Shown: piece after piece, positions 59,301-64,000 of the stretch
Position numbering within the stretch: the stretch's first letter is position 1
Layout of the letters: each line of letters starts with the position of its first letter
NCBI RefSeq assembly: GCF_032444005.1
Contig: NC_091290.1
Location: 19,654,001-19,718,000 of the forward strand
Source of the DNA: Ranitomeya imitator
Taxonomy: Eukaryota
Direction: 5' to 3'
DNA: 64,000 nt
Notes under the pieces: model-generated
The model's database searches: none
What the model was told of the DNA's origin: nothing
What the model saw: the letters and a program-made list of their open reading frames with translations, nothing else
Made by a program: the position numbers and the translations under genes

Positions 59301-62300
59301 ATAATGCTCCTATGTACAAGAACATAACTACTATAATACTGCCCCCTATGTACAAGAATATAACTACTATAATACTGCTCCTATGTACAAGAACATAACT
59401 ACTATAATACTGCCCCCTATGTACATGAATATAACTACTATAATACTGCTCCTATGTACAAGAACATAACTACTATAATACTGCCCCCTATGTACAAGAA
59501 TATAACTACTATAATACTGCTCCTATGTACAAGAACATAACTACTATAATACTGCCCTCTATGTACATGAATATAACTACTATAATAATGCTCCTATGTA
59601 CAAGAACATAACTACTATAATACTGCCCCCTATGTACAAGAATATAACTACTATAATACTGCTCCTATGTACAAGAACATAACTACTATAATACTGCCCC
59701 CTATGTACATGAATATAACTACTATAATACTGCTCCTATGTACAAGAACATAACTACTATAATACTGCTCCTATGTACAAGAATATAACTACTATAATAC
59801 TGCTCCTATGTACAAGAATATAACTACTATAATACTGCCCTCTATGTACATGAATATAACTACTATAATACTGCTCATATGTACAAGAACATAACTACTA
59901 TAATACTGCCCCTATGTACAAGAATATAACTACTATAATACTGCTCCTATGTACAAGAATATAACTACTATAATACTGCTCCTATGTACACGAATATAAC
60001 TACTATAATACTGCCCCTATGTACAAGAATATAACTACTATCATACTCCCCTATGTACAAGAATATAACTACTATAATACTGCCCATATGTACAAGAATA
60101 TAACTACTATAATACTGCCCCTATGTACAAGAATATAATTATTATAATGCTGCCCCCTATGTACAAGAATGTAACTACTATAATACTGCCCCCTATGTAC
60201 ACGAATATAACTACTATAATACTGCCTCTATGTACAAGAATATAACTACTATAATACTGCCCCTATGTACAAGAATATAACTACTATAATACTGCCCCTA
60301 TGTACAAGAATATAACTACTATAATACTGCCCCTATGTACAAGAATATAACTACTATAATACTGCTCCTATGTCCAAAAATATAACTACTATAATACTGC
60401 TCCTATGTACAAGAATATAACTACTATAATACTGCTCCTATGTACAAGAATATAACTACTATAATACTGCTCCTATGTACAAGAATATAAGTACTATAAT
60501 ATTGCTCCTAGGTACATGTAAACACCTCTTATTTAAGGATGCAAGGAATATAAAGAGTTATGAAAGTCTAACAGAGGTGGAGACCACCCTCAACATGGAA
60601 ACTTATTGGATTTTCCCAGAATACCTGTGTCCCTTTTTGATCTTCATAAGAAAGCTCACTTTGTTTTGCATTAGCTCTTTATTATAGTCTGTTCTATAGA
60701 GCTGTGAATATATTTAATTGGCTTTCTTTTTTTTTGTTAATTACATTTTGTTAGTTGTACTTTCCTTGTGCATTTGTCTATTCAAAGGTTAATGGAGGCT
60801 GAGTGATACCTGCAATTGGCTCATGAATGTAAATGAGCGATGCTAACAGATTGTCTATGATTAAAAGTATCTCTGTATGTCACACTTGAAACTGTAATGA
60901 TTTTAGGGCGTTCCAAGTTTATTCATGGGTGAGCTGTAATTTGGGTTGGTATCTACTATAATTCCACCCTCTATGTACAAGAAAATAACTACTATAATAC
61001 TGCCCCTATGTACAAGAATATAACTACTATAATACTGCCCCTATGTACAAGAATATAACTACTATAATACTGCTCCTATGTCCAAAAATATAACTACTAT
61101 AATACTGCTCCTATGTACAAGAATATAACTACTATAATACTGCTCCTATGTACAAGAATATAACTACTATAATACTGCTCCTATGTACAAGAATATAAGT
61201 ACTATAATATTGCTCCTAGGTACATGTAAACACCTCTTATTTAAGGATGCAAGGAATATAAAGAGTTATGAAAGTCTAACAGAGGTGGAGACCACCCTCA
61301 ACATGGAAACTTATTGGATTTTCCCAGAATACCTGTGTCCCTTTTTGATCTTCATAAGAAAGCTCACTTTGTTTTGCATTAGCTCTTTATTATAGTCTGT
61401 TCTATAGAGCTGTGAATATATTTAATTGGCTTTCTTTTTTTTTGTTAATTACATTTTGTTAGTTGTACTTTCCTTGTGCATTTGTCTATTCAAAGGTTAA
61501 TGGAGGCTGAGTGATACCTGCAATTGGCTCATGAATGTAAATGAGCGATGCTAACAGATTGTCTATGATTAAAAGTATCTCTGTATGTCACACTTGAAAC
61601 TGTAATGATTTTAGGGCGTTCCAAGTTTATTCATGGGTGAGCTGTAATTTGGGTTGGTATCTACTATAATTCCACCCTCTATGTACAAGAAAATAACTAC
61701 TATAATACTGCCCCTATGTACAAGAATATAACTACTATAATACTGCCCCTATGTACAAGAGTATAACTACTATAATACTGCCCCTATGTACAAGAATATA
61801 ACTATTATAATACTGCCCCCTATGTACAAGAATATAACTACTATAATACTGCCCCTATATACAAGAATATAACTATTATAATACTGCCCCTATGTGCAAG
61901 AGTATAACTATTATAATAATGCCCCATAAGTACAAGAATATAGCTACTATAATACTGCCCCTATGTACAAGAATATAACTACTATAATAGTGTCCCCTAT
62001 GTACAAGAATATAACTACAATAATACTGCTCCCTATGTACAAGAATATAACTACTATAATACTGCTCATATGTACAAGAATATAACTACTATAATACTGC
62101 TCTATGTACAAGAATATAACTACTATAATACTGCCCCTATATACAAGAATATAACTACAATAATACTGCTCCTATGTGCAAAAATATAACTACTATAATA
62201 CTGCTCCTATGTACAAGAATATAACTACTATAATACTGTCCCCTATGTACAAGAATATAGCTACTATAATACTGCTCCTATGTACAAGAATATAACTACT

Positions 62301-63440
62301 ATAATACTGCTCTTATGTACAAGAATATAACTACTATAATACTGTCCCCTATGTACAAGAATATAACTACTATTATACTGCCCCTATGTACAAGAATATA
62401 ACTACTATAATACTGCTACTATGTACAAGAATATAACTACTATAATACTGCTACTATGTACAAGAATATAACTACTATAATACTGCTCTTATGTACAAGA
62501 ATATAACTACTATAATACTGCCCCTATGTACAAGAATATAACTACTATTATACTGCCCCTATGTACAAGAATATAACTACTATAATACTGCTACTATGTA
62601 CAAGAATATAACTACTATAATACTGCCCCTATGTACAAGAATATAACTACAATAATACTGCTCCTATGTACAAGAATATAACTACTATAATACTGCCCCC
62701 TATGTACAAGAATATAACTACTATAATACTGCTCCTATGTACAAGAATATAACTACTATAATACTGCTCCTATGTACAAGAATATAACTACTATAATACT
62801 GCCCCCTATGTACATGAATATAACTACTATAATACTGCTCCTATGTACAAGAACATAACTACTATAATACTGCCCTCTATGTACATGAATATAACTACTA
62901 TAATACTGCTCCTATGTACAAGAACATAACTACTATAATACTGCCCCTATGTACAAGAATATAACTACTATAATACTGCCCCTATGTACAAGAATATAAC
63001 TACTATAATACTGCTCCTATGTACACGAATATAACTACTATAATACTGCCCCTATGTACAAGAATATAACTACTATCATACTCCCCTATGTACAAGAATA
63101 TAACTACTATAATACTGCCCATATGTACAAGAATATAACTACTATAATACTGCTCCTATGTACATGAATATAACTACTATAATACTGCCCCTATGTACAA
63201 GAATATAACTACTATAATACTGCCCCCTATGTACAAGAATATAACTACTATAATACTGCTCCTATGTACAAGAATATAACTACTATAATACTGCCCCCTA
63301 TGTACAAGAATATAACTACTATAATACTGCCCCTATGTACATGAATATAACTACTATAATACTGCCCCTATGTACATGAATATAACTACTATAATACTGC
63401 CCCTATGTACATGAATATAACTACTATAATACTGCCCATA
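56395..63440. repeat. 35-36 bp minisatellite array (about 7 kb) in astacin intron 5, with three non-repeat interruptions
   Basis: Tandem tatgtacaagaatataactactataatactgc(t/c)cc; interruptions at 58799-59170, 60507-60966 and 61215-61674. Confidence 0.97.
60280..61700. repeat. 708-bp tandem duplication containing a Tc1-like end fragment
   Basis: 60507-60966 recurs at 61215-61674; diagnostic array variant atgtccaaaaa at 60371 and 61079 (offset 708); the insert ends ...ttccaagtttattcatgggtgagctg|TA. Confidence 0.9.
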
Positions 63441-64000
63441 TGTTGATGATTAAAAAATGACATGAAATGTCATTATTATATTTTCATTAGTTTTTTCTGC
63501 ACAATTTTCGGTTGAATTTAATGTGATTTCAAAAATCAGTAAAAGATGCAATCTCATTTTATATAGTTGGTCGAGTTTAAAAAAAATGTAAGCCAAGTGC
63601 TTTCAATGTTCCTTTTATTGGCTGCTCCATAGAATACAGCTACTTCCCTACAAACAAAGGGGAACTGCAAATGTGATCGTCCACAACATTTATGTAGTAA
63701 AATAGCCTGATGTGAACATGCGTTTGCCTCTGCTTCTGATAACAAAACGTTTTAATTAAAACAATATATCAATTGTAATACTGTTTTCATGGTGAACCTG
63801 ATCACTGGCACATCCTTTATAATTTCAATATCTTGGATGCATTACTGATAACTTAAAAAGCACAACTTTATAGACATTTCTGTGATGCCTCCTCCTCAAT
63901 TAAAAGAAACATCTCAGAAGTGTAAGTACATTGCATCAACAGACAGGAAACACCTCTTATTTAAGGATGCAAGGAATACAAAGAGTTATCAAGCCTAACA

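Overview
Eukaryotic, repeat-rich vertebrate DNA; the repeat families and gene content suggest a frog (inference). No prokaryotic-type features, tRNA or rRNA were seen. Four spliced genes can be assembled by hand with GT-AG junctions and consistent phases. (1) TTC17 exon 1 (minus, 3458-3637; the gene runs off the left edge). (2) A complete 14-exon API5 (minus, 9478-17682, 524 aa). (3) A divergent MAST-family Ser/Thr kinase (minus, 14 exons traced, 36430-47717) with intact catalytic motifs, an eroded DUF1908 region and no recognisable PDZ exons. (4) The first 5 exons of an astacin/hatching-enzyme-like metalloprotease (plus, 52441-55929). The remainder is large tandem arrays (about 30, 28, 98, 23, 126/122, 58 and 35 bp units) and transposons: CR1 and L2 LINE pieces, a non-autonomous hAT with a perfect 8-bp TSD, a non-autonomous Helitron, Harbinger- and T2/Kolobok-type MITEs, and piggyBac-, Tc1- and LTR-like pieces. 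All long ORFs in the supplied track that overlap arrays are repeat artefacts. The best leads are two minimal hammerhead-ribozyme-like motifs (28134-28179 and 28626-28660, minus), one with an apparently compensatory A3:U8 core pair; the remodelled MAST-like kinase; a Helitron carrying ten YY1-type motifs; and an astacin with an atypical Tyr-Asn-Ala maturation site. I cannot show from sequence alone that any of these is a previously undescribed system.
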